DNA of 64,000 nucleotides from a virus (Duplodnaviria; Heunggongvirae; Uroviricota; Caudoviricetes): IMG/VR virus record IMGVR_UViG_3300010049_000010, positions 64,749 to 128,748 of that record; one strand, 5' to 3'. Shown piece by piece: positions 27,075 to 36,243 of this stretch (position 1 is its first letter; each line of letters starts with the position of its first letter). The notes under the pieces were generated by a model. It saw only the letters and a program-made list of their open reading frames with translations, ran no database searches and was not told where the DNA came from. The position numbers and the translations under genes were made by a program.

Positions 27075-28838
27075 TTAAGGTCCCCCATAAACATCTAAAT
27101 ATTCATCATGAAAATTATCCATGATATGACTTTCAAGATGTCTCATATATCTAAGTGAAGGGACACCAGTTTTTTGACAATCACCACTAAATCCAGTTTC
27201 AGATCTAATTTCATAAACTTGATAAGCTGGTCCAGCCATTGGGCCAATACCACCGCCTCTATATCCACTACCATGTTTACTTCTACTTGCCCAATTATCA
27301 ATTACTCTTTTTCCACCAGGACCTTCAAGTATTAAATCGAACCAAGATTCATCTAAACTTGAAGCTGCTCTTTTTGCATGTCTAAGATAAGCATAAACAC
27401 CATCTCCAATTTCAGCAGCTCCTTTTCGAGCCATTGATTCTGATTTTGAAGGTTTAGGTGGTCTCATACAAGCAGGCATACTTGCTTCTCTTATATTAAT
27501 TAAACTTTTACCCGCTTTATCCCATTGAAGATTCCAAGTATCTCGTAAGTATTCACAGCCCGCCCAAGATTTATATGCTACAGGACTCCAAGTTGCTTCC
27601 TTTTTAACGACATCTCTTACTTTGTAATAAAGTGATTCAACATCATCAATTCCAGTAACCCATTCGTTTGAATCTGGTTGGTTGCCGCCTGCTTTAGTAA
27701 TTAAAGCGTCTACAGAATCGAACTTGCCATAAGCTGAATCAATTGCGTCTAACATATCATCTTCAGACATGTAAATATGCTCATTTAATTTATTATCAAC
27801 AACAGCAGCTTGTTGAGCTGTTTTTTTCATATCTTTCGCATTTTTTTCTTGAATAATTTTTAATACATCAGACCATAAAGTGTTCCAAACTTCTTGTCTT
27901 TTTGCTGGATCTTTTATTAACCACATTTTATGCGCTATTTTTTCTTTAAAATCTTCTGGAAAAGATGTTCTATGACCACCTTCTTTCAAAGCAGAACTAA
28001 AAATATTTTCAAAAGATTCTTCTAATATTTCCCAATTACTTGGTCCACCTGAATATGTTCCACCGATTGCACCATCAACTTTATTTCTAGCAATTGACAT
28101 AATTTTTCCAGTTTTTTTATTTTTTATTTTAACTATATCATTAGGATTTCCGGTTCCACTAGATGTAGAACTTCCCCTATTTTTATCACGAATATCTCTT
28201 GAAGCATACATCGTATTATCTTCTACTTTTGTTATAAATGATCCTGTGGGAATATTATATTGTTTTTTACGCTGTAAATAATATAATAAATCTTTTAGAT
28301 TTTCAGGATTTTCGGGAAGTTTATTAGTAGGTGCTTTTGGATGTGGAATTGGAACAATTTTTCCTTTTGCATCATTTAATCCAGTTTGCATTGCGGCGTC
28401 TGTAGACACAATTGCTAAATCTTCCTTAACTTTAACTTTCGCTGTGTCATCTGATTGTAATATACTTAAAAGTCCACTTGTCCAACCTTGTACATCTGTT
28501 TTTACTTCAATACCCGGTTCTGGATTCTTTGCTCTTTGTAACATAATTGCTTCATTTAATGCAAAATCATCACTCATTAAAGGGTCAGCATCATAACTAG
28601 AATAATCTTCCGCAGGATCATATAAGAGAAAATCATCTCTCATATTAATACCATCATAATTTCCATCAGGCAAACTTAAACCAGGCTCAAAATCACTTTC
28701 ATTAAAAAATCCAACTGGTTCGTCTTCATAATCATCAGCTGCATCATATTCCATAGACGGTGCATCAAAAGCAGCTAATTCGTCTTCAAAAGTCATATCG
28801 TAGAGGGACTCATCCCAAACTTCTTTCAATCGTTTCAT
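27075..28838 (-). CDS. large hypothetical protein (587 aa); speculative Alt-like ADP-ribosyltransferase or other virion-injected protein
   Basis: Acidic N-terminus and a C-terminal region with R/S/E-containing segments (YLRH, ASSL, QVYEIRSE). The aactaattatt box abuts its ATG. Confidence 0.4.
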   Translation of the reverse strand: MKRLKEVWDESLYDMTFEDELAAFDAPSMEYDAADDYEDEPVGFFNESDFEPGLSLPDGNYDGINMRDDFLLYDPAEDYSSYDADPLMSDDFALNEAIMLQRAKNPEPGIEVKTDVQGWTSGLLSILQSDDTAKVKVKEDLAIVSTDAAMQTGLNDAKGKIVPIPHPKAPTNKLPENPENLKDLLYYLQRKKQYNIPTGSFITKVEDNTMYASRDIRDKNRGSSTSSGTGNPNDIVKIKNKKTGKIMSIARNKVDGAIGGTYSGGPSNWEILEESFENIFSSALKEGGHRTSFPEDFKEKIAHKMWLIKDPAKRQEVWNTLWSDVLKIIQEKNAKDMKKTAQQAAVVDNKLNEHIYMSEDDMLDAIDSAYGKFDSVDALITKAGGNQPDSNEWVTGIDDVESLYYKVRDVVKKEATWSPVAYKSWAGCEYLRDTWNLQWDKAGKSLINIREASMPACMRPPKPSKSESMARKGAAEIGDGVYAYLRHAKRAASSLDESWFDLILEGPGGKRVIDNWASRSKHGSGYRGGGIGPMAGPAYQVYEIRSETGFSGDCQKTGVPSLRYMRHLESHIMDNFHDEYLDVYGGP

Positions 28839-28857
28839 AATAATTAGTTATTTACTA

Positions 28858-29745
28858 TTATGAAGTTTCCTCACTTTCATTTTTTTGAAGTTCTTTTAAT
28901 TCTGCTTTAGTCATTATTTTAGCTTTTCGGGGAAATCTCATTCCAGACTTGTAAGTAACTGGACAATATTCAGGGTGGCCACAAAAATCACACCAACTAC
29001 AAGCGAAACTCATATTACTATTTTGAACTAAATCTAAGTTTTCCCAGTCCGTTGTATCTGATTCTTTGATAATTTTCTTGAAATTATTTAATACGTCCTT
29101 AACATCATCTTCTGAGAAAATCATTTCTTTAAAAGTTTTCAGCATCATTTTCTTAACAGAATCAGGGTTGTCTACATCTTCATCTTTTAGTCCGGCTAAC
29201 GGGAAAAATAAATAAGTTTTGATTTTATCATATTTAGTTTTGAGCTTATTTTTCATCATGTAAGCATATAATAATAGCTGATTCTCATAGCCGGCCACTT
29301 TTGCGGTGCTGCCTGTTTTAAAATCAATAATGATAACTTCTTTTGTTGATTCATTAATCAATAAAACGTCAATAGCGCCAACTATAGACTTGCCTTCTAA
29401 AGCGCTATATTGCCAAGATTCTTTTTCGAGAACGAAGCCTTCTGATTCCCATTTGCGAATATATTCTTGCCACCATAAAAAGAAACGAGGAATTGCTTTA
29501 ATAACTGGATATTTTTCCTGATCAAACTCCATTCCTTCAAGAATGCCTTTAGCGATATCATTTAAATCATCTATTGATTTTGAAGAATCCATTGCTTCTG
29601 CAATCTCGTGGAATGCGAGGCCTTTAGTAGCTAATTCAGCTTGTTTTCCTACTGCAACAAATTCATCTACATATACCCATTTATATTTAAGTTTACAACT
29701 ATCAAAGCAACCGAAACGTGACGCGCTGTATCGAGGATTAGCCAT
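28858..29745 (-). CDS. Cas4/RecB-like PD-(D/E)XK nuclease with a C-terminal Cys cluster
   Basis: IDVLL…IIDFKTGS and QLLLYAY motifs, an N-terminal Cys, and C-terminal CSWCDFCGHPEYC (four-Cys, Fe-S-like pattern). Confidence 0.65.
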   Translation of the reverse strand: MANPRYSASRFGCFDSCKLKYKWVYVDEFVAVGKQAELATKGLAFHEIAEAMDSSKSIDDLNDIAKGILEGMEFDQEKYPVIKAIPRFFLWWQEYIRKWESEGFVLEKESWQYSALEGKSIVGAIDVLLINESTKEVIIIDFKTGSTAKVAGYENQLLLYAYMMKNKLKTKYDKIKTYLFFPLAGLKDEDVDNPDSVKKMMLKTFKEMIFSEDDVKDVLNNFKKIIKESDTTDWENLDLVQNSNMSFACSWCDFCGHPEYCPVTYKSGMRFPRKAKIMTKAELKELQKNESEETS

Positions 29746-30382
29746 TGTACCACCTCCATTCTAAATTTTTAGATTTTTTTCTATAACCATTACATACATC
29801 ACTAACATGAGTTGCTCCAGTATCAGATATAGCATCTCCAATTGATTCATATATCTTTCCTGTAGTAATACAAATAACAGATCTTGATTTTATTTTTTTC
29901 ATAGTTTTACTTATTTTTTTCCTTGTTTCTTCTGAAACATTATAACCTTTTAAGGCTCTTGCATTTTTTATATTTTCAATTCTTTCAATTGAATGTTTTT
30001 TTCCTTTTAATGAATTACTAATTTTAGTTTTCCAATTTTCATTCCGAACCATTTTCTTACTTTGTTTAGATACAGAATCAGCAAACTGCTTTCTTATTTT
30101 TTCATAATCTTTTGATGTTAAAATTTGATTATTTTGTTTATCATGCATTAATCTAAATAATGCATTTATCATATAACCATTATAAATTTTAACTAACAAT
30201 TGATGACAGAAAAAATGCTCTCTTGCTGTTAATAAAACTTGATTAGATTTCCTCTTTTTCCAAAGAGGAAATAAAGATTTAGGAAGTATGTGATGATTTT
30301 CATAATAAACACCTTTATACTTTTCACGTTTTTCTAATAAAGCTTTTTTAATAATCTTAATATAAGTTTTTCTGTAATTCAT
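29738..30382 (-). CDS. HNH homing-endonuclease-like protein with NUMOD3-type repeats
   Basis: ENHHILPKSL … REHFFCHQ forms the HNH core; the C-terminal SEETRKKISKTMKK resembles the NUMOD3 motif. Confidence 0.6.
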   Translation of the reverse strand: MNYRKTYIKIIKKALLEKREKYKGVYYENHHILPKSLFPLWKKRKSNQVLLTAREHFFCHQLLVKIYNGYMINALFRLMHDKQNNQILTSKDYEKIRKQFADSVSKQSKKMVRNENWKTKISNSLKGKKHSIERIENIKNARALKGYNVSEETRKKISKTMKKIKSRSVICITTGKIYESIGDAISDTGATHVSDVCNGYRKKSKNLEWRWYNG

Positions 30383-30392
30383 ATTTAATTAG

Positions 30393-30677
30393 TTATGAAT
30401 CATACCAAGATTCCTCGTACCATGCAAATGGTCCTGTAAGTCCAGCTTCTTCTAATTTCTTCGTTACGCGATCTTGGAATTGTCTTTTAGTTTCATCTAA
30501 TTCCATGTCACTAAATTCAATACCAATATAATCATCACCGTAATCATGGGGATTCCAATAATTGATTCCTAACTCATCTAACTTTTCAGCTAACTCATCT
30601 GTCATTGTTTCCATTGTGCCATAAATGACAAATGAACTGCTACTACTGTTGGATACGAATCCATTTCTAATTTTCAT
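30393..30677 (-). CDS. MKIRNGFVSNSSSSSF-family protein (paralog 3)
   Basis: Shared N-terminus. Confidence 0.55.
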   Translation of the reverse strand: MKIRNGFVSNSSSSSFVIYGTMETMTDELAEKLDELGINYWNPHDYGDDYIGIEFSDMELDETKRQFQDRVTKKLEEAGLTGPFAWYEESWYDS

Positions 30678-30693
30678 ATTTACTTCCTTAAAA

Positions 30694-31140
30694 TTAAATT
30701 AACTCTTCATCATCAAATAAATCTGATTCTTTTCTTTGTTTTTCTATTTTTTCTATTTGAGCGTCTATATTTTCCCAAGTATTATAGTGACTGATTAGCG
30801 CGTGAGCAGATTTATATCCATCGCCATTTGGATTTTTATACATTTTAACGCCGCCTTTTAGTTCATAATTATTTACGTCATAATTATTTGGAACAGCTAT
30901 TAGAATTCTGTAACCTTGAAAATCTATCCATTGTTCTTTCATATAATCCTCATCATCTAATTTTTTAGGAGCTCTCCAATACATTTCAACTGGTAAGCAT
31001 AAATCATTTTTTCTATCTTCAATCCAAGGTTTGTTTTTAATCATTCTAATTTCACAATGAATTGGAATCGCTATATATCTAACTTCACTGAATAAATTAA
31101 ATGGTCCATATTTATGGGTGTAACAAACTTCTTTTATCAT
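30694..31140 (-). CDS. LFDEEEL-tail family member 1
   Basis: Ends ESDLFDDEELI. Confidence 0.55.
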   Translation of the reverse strand: MIKEVCYTHKYGPFNLFSEVRYIAIPIHCEIRMIKNKPWIEDRKNDLCLPVEMYWRAPKKLDDEDYMKEQWIDFQGYRILIAVPNNYDVNNYELKGGVKMYKNPNGDGYKSAHALISHYNTWENIDAQIEKIEKQRKESDLFDDEELI

Positions 31141-31448
31141 AATTCATTTTCATCAAATAATTGCAATGACCTCTGAAACTTTCTATTGTTTAAGTTTGTG
31201 CTTTTATTATTTAAACAACGATTAAGTTCTCTTAAATATCTTCTATCAAGATGCTCTTCAATTCTAATTTTGTTTTTATATCCATGAAGATCATTAATCC
31301 AACCTTCATGAATAAAATATTCCATAATTCCATTGAAACAAGGATGATCTGTTTGAATAACATGAATCGCCCATTTTCTTGGAAGATATAATTTTAGCCA
31401 CAAATCTTTATACCTAAAACTATATTCTCCAAATCTTGATTCTGTCAT
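31137..31448 (-). CDS. LFDEEEL-tail family member 2
   Basis: Ends LQLFDENEL; ATGA overlap with the upstream gene. Confidence 0.5.
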   Translation of the reverse strand: MTESRFGEYSFRYKDLWLKLYLPRKWAIHVIQTDHPCFNGIMEYFIHEGWINDLHGYKNKIRIEEHLDRRYLRELNRCLNNKSTNLNNRKFQRSLQLFDENEL

Positions 31449-31476
31449 AAATAAAAAGCGGGCCCGAAAGCCCGCT
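31447..31476 (-). terminator. rho-independent terminator (minus strand)
   Basis: Stem agcgggc/gcccgct with loop ccgaaa, followed on the minus strand by a T-rich run. Confidence 0.5.
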
Positions 31477-31483
31477 GTAAAGT

Positions 31484-32512
31484 TTATCTACCAGGTTGTA
31501 ATACTGCTGCTGATCCATTAGGAGCGAGCGGTATGTACATCGGCACATCAGTTCCAGGAGCAAGTTTTGTTGCCCTCATAAGAGCCACTTCATAATTCCA
31601 TCTTGCTTGCTGTACTTGGAAGTTATTTCCAATAAGTCTATTATAATCTGCTTCACCTTGACCTTCAAGCCGTCTTGCTTCTGCTTCACCACGCGCTGTA
31701 GTTATCATTGCTTCCGAATTAAGTTGTGCTGCTCTCAAAGCGGCCTCCGCTCTTGCTACAGTAGCTCTTGCTTCAGCTTCCGCTTCAATTGAAACTCGTC
31801 TTTGTTCTTGTTCAACACGATCTGCATCTGCTCTAGCTCTTTCAATACTTGCTGTTGCTACAACTCGTTGTTCTACAATTCTATCTACTTCTGCTGACCA
31901 ATCAAAGTCTTCAATAATCAAGTCTACAATTACTATTGGTAAGTGAGTGACACGAGAAATCGCATTCTCAAGTGCCGCATTAGCAATCGTTGTAGTATTT
32001 TGTCCAATATCAAAAACAGTGTAAGTACCAATAACAGTTCTCAATCCTTCTGAAGCTGCTCGTAAAAGTATCTCATCAATATTTTGTTTTGTAAAACTTC
32101 TAATCGCGTGAGCAATTTTAGTTTCATCATACCGCCAAAATACTGAGGCCTGTACGCCAATTTCTTGCGTGTCAAGTGATACTGCTGCATTACGATTTAA
32201 TCTCATTTGAATCTTTGATTCATTTGGTGTAATTGATCTCGTAATAACTCCGCCGACGAGAGGTACTTTAAAGTGTACGCCCGGCATTAATACGTCATCA
32301 CCAACTACCGCATTAAACATTGTTTTTACACCGCGCTCTGTCGTACCGACACAAGCAATCGGATTCAAAACGAGAAACGCGATAAGCAATGCGACACATC
32401 CAACACAAAATTTAATTATGTTGCCGTAATTTGGCACTGTTTCAGTGTAAGTGCCATTTCTTCCTTGTCTTTCGACATCTGTTGTCCAGAAACTTTTCTT
32501 TGACATTTTCAT
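31484..32512 (-). CDS. SPFH/band-7 (prohibitin/HflK-like) membrane protein
   Basis: N-terminal TM helix, an SPFH core, then an Ala/Glu/Arg coiled-coil (EAEARATVARAEAALRAAQL). Confidence 0.7.
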   Translation of the reverse strand: MKMSKKSFWTTDVERQGRNGTYTETVPNYGNIIKFCVGCVALLIAFLVLNPIACVGTTERGVKTMFNAVVGDDVLMPGVHFKVPLVGGVITRSITPNESKIQMRLNRNAAVSLDTQEIGVQASVFWRYDETKIAHAIRSFTKQNIDEILLRAASEGLRTVIGTYTVFDIGQNTTTIANAALENAISRVTHLPIVIVDLIIEDFDWSAEVDRIVEQRVVATASIERARADADRVEQEQRRVSIEAEAEARATVARAEAALRAAQLNSEAMITTARGEAEARRLEGQGEADYNRLIGNNFQVQQARWNYEVALMRATKLAPGTDVPMYIPLAPNGSAAVLQPGR

Positions 32513-32539
32513 CTCCTAAATGATTTTAATTTATATTAA

Positions 32540-32899
32540 CTATGTTAATTCTTCTTCATCAAACAAGTCACAAGTGTGGTCTACTCCAATAGAATATTTT
32601 TCAACAAGATAGTCTGGAGAATAATATCCTCTCTGATGCTCTGAGTAATAATCTCCCGTTCCCACTCTTCTTAAATCTACAATTTTTGGTAATAATATAA
32701 TATAAGAAACTCCGTTATGTTCAATTTTATGCTCTGCCATTTCCGCATCAGCCCATTTAGTGCAGCCTCTTATATCATTATGATATCCGCAAATGTAACA
32801 ATTTATTTCACATGGGCCTTTAAAATTTTGATTCGAGATCCAAGTCTGATAAGTTTGCATATTTCCAAATTTCATAATTATTTCATAACTCGTCATCAT
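32540..32899 (-). CDS. LFDEEEL-tail family member 3
   Basis: Ends CDLFDEEELT. The start was moved to ATGATG (MMTSYE), which overlaps the upstream stop as ATGATGACGAGTTATGA. Confidence 0.5.
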   Translation of the reverse strand: MMTSYEIIMKFGNMQTYQTWISNQNFKGPCEINCYICGYHNDIRGCTKWADAEMAEHKIEHNGVSYIILLPKIVDLRRVGTGDYYSEHQRGYYSPDYLVEKYSIGVDHTCDLFDEEELT

Positions 32900-33101
32900 A
32901 GAATAAACCTGTTCGTTCTTGTTTAGGTGGATGTAAATATGGTGTTTCCATATTAGAATAATCAATTTTTCTGTTATTGTATGAAGAAGAATGGTTTTTT
33001 GTAAAACCATATTTTTCACTATGCCATTTACAATACTCATGATAATCTTTTGGTGCGCCATAATATTCTTGATCGCGCATCATATTATCTATAAATGTCA
33101 T
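32883..33101 (-). CDS. LFDEEEL-tail family member 4
   Basis: Ends TGLFYDDEL. Confidence 0.5.
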   Translation of the reverse strand: MTFIDNMMRDQEYYGAPKDYHEYCKWHSEKYGFTKNHSSSYNNRKIDYSNMETPYLHPPKQERTGLFYDDEL

Positions 33102-33316
33102 TCTAATTCCTCCTCATCAAATAAACTTGAAGCTTTCCTCTCAAACTCTAATTGTTCTTTATATTCTTTTTCTCTTTTGTATAAAATATCTGTATTTATA
33201 ATATAATAACCTCTATCATCTTTTTCCATTTGAATAATTCCATTATCAATAAGGTCTCCATAAACGGAAAATTTCTTAAATTGTATTAATCCATTTTCAT
33301 TATATTTTATTTTCAT
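33098..33316 (-). CDS. LFDEEEL-tail family member 5
   Basis: Ends SSLFDEEELE. Confidence 0.5.
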   Translation of the reverse strand: MKIKYNENGLIQFKKFSVYGDLIDNGIIQMEKDDRGYYIINTDILYKREKEYKEQLEFERKASSLFDEEELE

Positions 33317-33498
33317 AATTCATCATCATCAAAAAGTTCGGTATTTTCGTATGAGTAAACTTCTCGTGGTAAATCCATTTTCATTATACTATCAAGCATC
33401 ATTTTTTCTACAGGAGAAGGATTTTGAAAATGACTTAAAAAGGCAAATTGATCTAAATAGCGTTGATATTTATATTCGGCAGATTTTTCTGGACCCAT
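33313..33498 (-). CDS. LFDEEEL-tail family member 6
   Basis: Ends TELFDDDEL. Confidence 0.5.
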   Translation of the reverse strand: MGPEKSAEYKYQRYLDQFAFLSHFQNPSPVEKMMLDSIMKMDLPREVYSYENTELFDDDEL

Positions 33499-33500
33499 TA

Positions 33501-33680
33501 TTCTAACTCCTCTTCATCAAATAATTCTGATTCTTTTTCAGCATTTCTTTTTATTATATCACCGACACCAGCCATTGTTATAATAGCATTATATTGTTTT
33601 AGAAACTGTTCTGGAGTATTATCTCTCCAAACTTCAAGAATATCTTTTTCAAAAAAGAAATCACTTCTATCAAACATTAA
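33501..33680 (-). CDS. LFDEEEL-tail family member 7 (59 aa, below the track cutoff)
   Basis: Hand-translated: MFDRSDFFFEKDILEVWRDNTPEQFLKQYNAIITMAGVGDIIKRNAEKESELFDEEELE. Confidence 0.45.
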
Positions 33681-33955
33681 ATTTCCTCATCATCAAATAA
33701 CTCTACTGGTAATTCGGCAAATTTTTGATCAGATGCATGATCATCTTTTAGTTTTTTCGCGAAATAAGAAACTGTAATTTTTTTGAACTTTTCAAATAAT
33801 TCTTCAAAATTACTTCTTTCAAGAATATATGAGCCAATTCTTATATTATAAAACAACGCATTATCAATTTCATGAAAAAACTTTTGATCAAATTCTTTAA
33901 ATCTATCGTCTTCTCTGCCATTGCATAATTCTTTAACTTTCACGTGAGTTCTCAT
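33677..33955 (-). CDS. LFDEEEL-tail family member 8
   Basis: Ends VELFDDEEI. Confidence 0.5.
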   Translation of the reverse strand: MRTHVKVKELCNGREDDRFKEFDQKFFHEIDNALFYNIRIGSYILERSNFEELFEKFKKITVSYFAKKLKDDHASDQKFAELPVELFDDEEI

Positions 33956-34090
33956 CTTTTACAATATTTCCTTTATTATCTCTTTTATAAAAAACTTTAT
34001 TTCCATTTTTATCAAAAGTCCAACCTAGTGGATATAATTCCCATAATTTCAATAACTCTTTACATTTTAATTCAAGAGCTTCTAATTCAC

Positions 34091-34486
34091 TCATGATCCC
34101 TCGTATTTTACTTTAAGTTTTTCATATTGTTTTTTCTCGTCAATTGCTGCTTTTTCTTTATCTTCAATTTCTTTCTTTTCACGTCTCTTAGTTTCTTCTG
34201 ATTTTAACTCCTCTTCAGTAAAAATACCGGACTCAAGTGATTCTTTGCTCACATACCAATATTCCCAATCGCCTGAGCAACATCCACACCAACTTAATTC
34301 TGCTTCAATAGAATATTGATTCTTTTTTCTGTCATATCTTAAAGTAAAATCTTCAACACTAAATTTCTTTTTCCAAGTTACAGTTACTTGTTCCCAGAAA
34401 GGTTTAAGGATCTGTTTGTTAAGTTCATATAACTCTTCCTCGCCTTCTTTTACAATTTTATTTAATTCGGTCCATCTGTTTAACAT
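34091..34486 (-). CDS. hypothetical protein
   Basis: ORF only. Confidence 0.4.
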   Translation of the reverse strand: MLNRWTELNKIVKEGEEELYELNKQILKPFWEQVTVTWKKKFSVEDFTLRYDRKKNQYSIEAELSWCGCCSGDWEYWYVSKESLESGIFTEEELKSEETKRREKKEIEDKEKAAIDEKKQYEKLKVKYEGS

Positions 34487-34487
34487 A

Positions 34488-34715
34488 TTATCCTCTTCTA
34501 TATTTATATTTTCTTTTTCTTTTTAGACGATAAAAATCTGTAAGTTCTTTATCATCCGTATTCAAAGAAATTTTATCAATTGCTTTTTGGAGTAAATAAA
34601 TACATTCTTTCGTTCTTCGCGGCTGCGTTTTAAGTGTTGCGATTGCTCCTAAAATTGGATCGATAGTAATATCTCTTGTTCTTTTAGATATCATTAATTG
34701 CCGTCCTTTATGCAC
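34488..34715 (-). CDS. hypothetical basic small protein
   Basis: ORF only. Confidence 0.35.
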   Translation of the reverse strand: MHKGRQLMISKRTRDITIDPILGAIATLKTQPRRTKECIYLLQKAIDKISLNTDDKELTDFYRLKRKRKYKYRRG

Positions 34716-36064
34716 TTGAAAACTGGGAAGCGAAGAGATTCAACTCCCTGTTTATTTTTACTGACTTCAAAATAAACGATTTCAGCTGTGCGGCCAATAT
34801 ATTTATTTTTATTTTTCCAAAACTCTGTTCTCTGTGCATCAGATAAACCAGTTCCAACTCCAACTTCATTTCCTTTGTAATTTACAATAAGTGCGCCAAG
34901 GCGGCCTTTATTGCGGCCTCTGCCTTCCTGCATTCCAATAATTGGCAAATCAATATCAAAGAAAGATTTTACTTTTGCACAAGCAATTGTACGATCCCAT
35001 TCGTAGAATCCGTCCATATCTTTTACAATGATTCCCTCTTTGTCATTTTCCTTTGCCCAATTTAATCCCGCTTCAATTTCGGAAATATCATCACCGATAT
35101 ACATACAAGGAAGAGCAAAAAGATATTTATATTTTTGTACTCCAGGCTTTGTCGTAAGAATTGATTGATATGCGCCATATCTTTCGCTATAAGTCATTTT
35201 TGGTTTTCTTGTTTCCCATTCTTTTAATGACATATAATCATAAACTGCGAAACATACTTCTTTTGAGCCGCCCTTTTTTGTAGAGTTACTAACAAGTTTA
35301 TATTGCATTTTAGAATCCATTTCCATAAAACCGAGAGGTTGTCTTTCACCATCAAGTACGACGTCAATATTTGGAAATGCATCAATAATATCTTTTTCAA
35401 TTAATGGGAAATTACCAGTCTGTTCTTTTCCAGATCGGCTAAATACACGAACAGTATTTCCCTTTTTAAATGCGGTCATTCTGAAACCATCAAGCTTAAC
35501 TTGAGTTCCAAACGTTTTGCCTACATAATAATCTGGGTCGCCAAAATAATCTGCACAGAGCATCACTTCATGTATCGTTAAAAAATCGTCGCCATAAACT
35601 GAATTACAAGTTGTGCGGCCAATTCCGAGGCCTTTGTCCCATGATTTTGTGGCAATGCGAATTATTCCAGTTTGTGTTTTCTTGTCGAAGGGTTGTGCAA
35701 ATTCTAAAACTACGGCAGCGTCTACATCTCTACCTGTATTATTTTCTTGAATATAATTTAACAAATCTATAAAACCCCAAGTAGCAATTTCTTTTACTAA
35801 ATCAGAGTCCAATGACCAAATTTTCTTGGTTAAGAGATTTTCTATTTTCTTTTCTTTGAGGCCTGTTACAATGAGATTATCAAAATACCAGCGAAGCGTT
35901 TCAGTGAATGCTCCGTCATTTTCATATTTTCTGAGCACATCTTTTTTCGCATTTGTACCTTGAGTTTCTTCAATTTCATAAATTTTAGCAATAAGTTTCG
36001 CTGTATTTTTAGCGACTGTTTTTTGATCTGGTTGATTATCCGGTGATTGTTTATCGAACATCAT
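34694..36064 (-). CDS. ATP-dependent DNA ligase
   Basis: Motif I KLDGFR (KxDGxR), motif IV EGIIVK and motif V AKVKSF. Confidence 0.8.
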   Translation of the reverse strand: MMFDKQSPDNQPDQKTVAKNTAKLIAKIYEIEETQGTNAKKDVLRKYENDGAFTETLRWYFDNLIVTGLKEKKIENLLTKKIWSLDSDLVKEIATWGFIDLLNYIQENNTGRDVDAAVVLEFAQPFDKKTQTGIIRIATKSWDKGLGIGRTTCNSVYGDDFLTIHEVMLCADYFGDPDYYVGKTFGTQVKLDGFRMTAFKKGNTVRVFSRSGKEQTGNFPLIEKDIIDAFPNIDVVLDGERQPLGFMEMDSKMQYKLVSNSTKKGGSKEVCFAVYDYMSLKEWETRKPKMTYSERYGAYQSILTTKPGVQKYKYLFALPCMYIGDDISEIEAGLNWAKENDKEGIIVKDMDGFYEWDRTIACAKVKSFFDIDLPIIGMQEGRGRNKGRLGALIVNYKGNEVGVGTGLSDAQRTEFWKNKNKYIGRTAEIVYFEVSKNKQGVESLRFPVFKCIKDGN

Positions 36065-36243
36065 AATTTTCTCTCCATTAATAAATTAACTACCAGTCTT
36101 CGCCAGCAGCATCAATAGCGATTTGCTCTTCAATATCGTCCAACATATTCCGAATATAATCGGCGACTTGTCTGGACATCACTGTTGCAAATGATTGCCC
36201 ATGTGCCGATATTATCTCGTATACATCATTTTCAATTTCTTCT

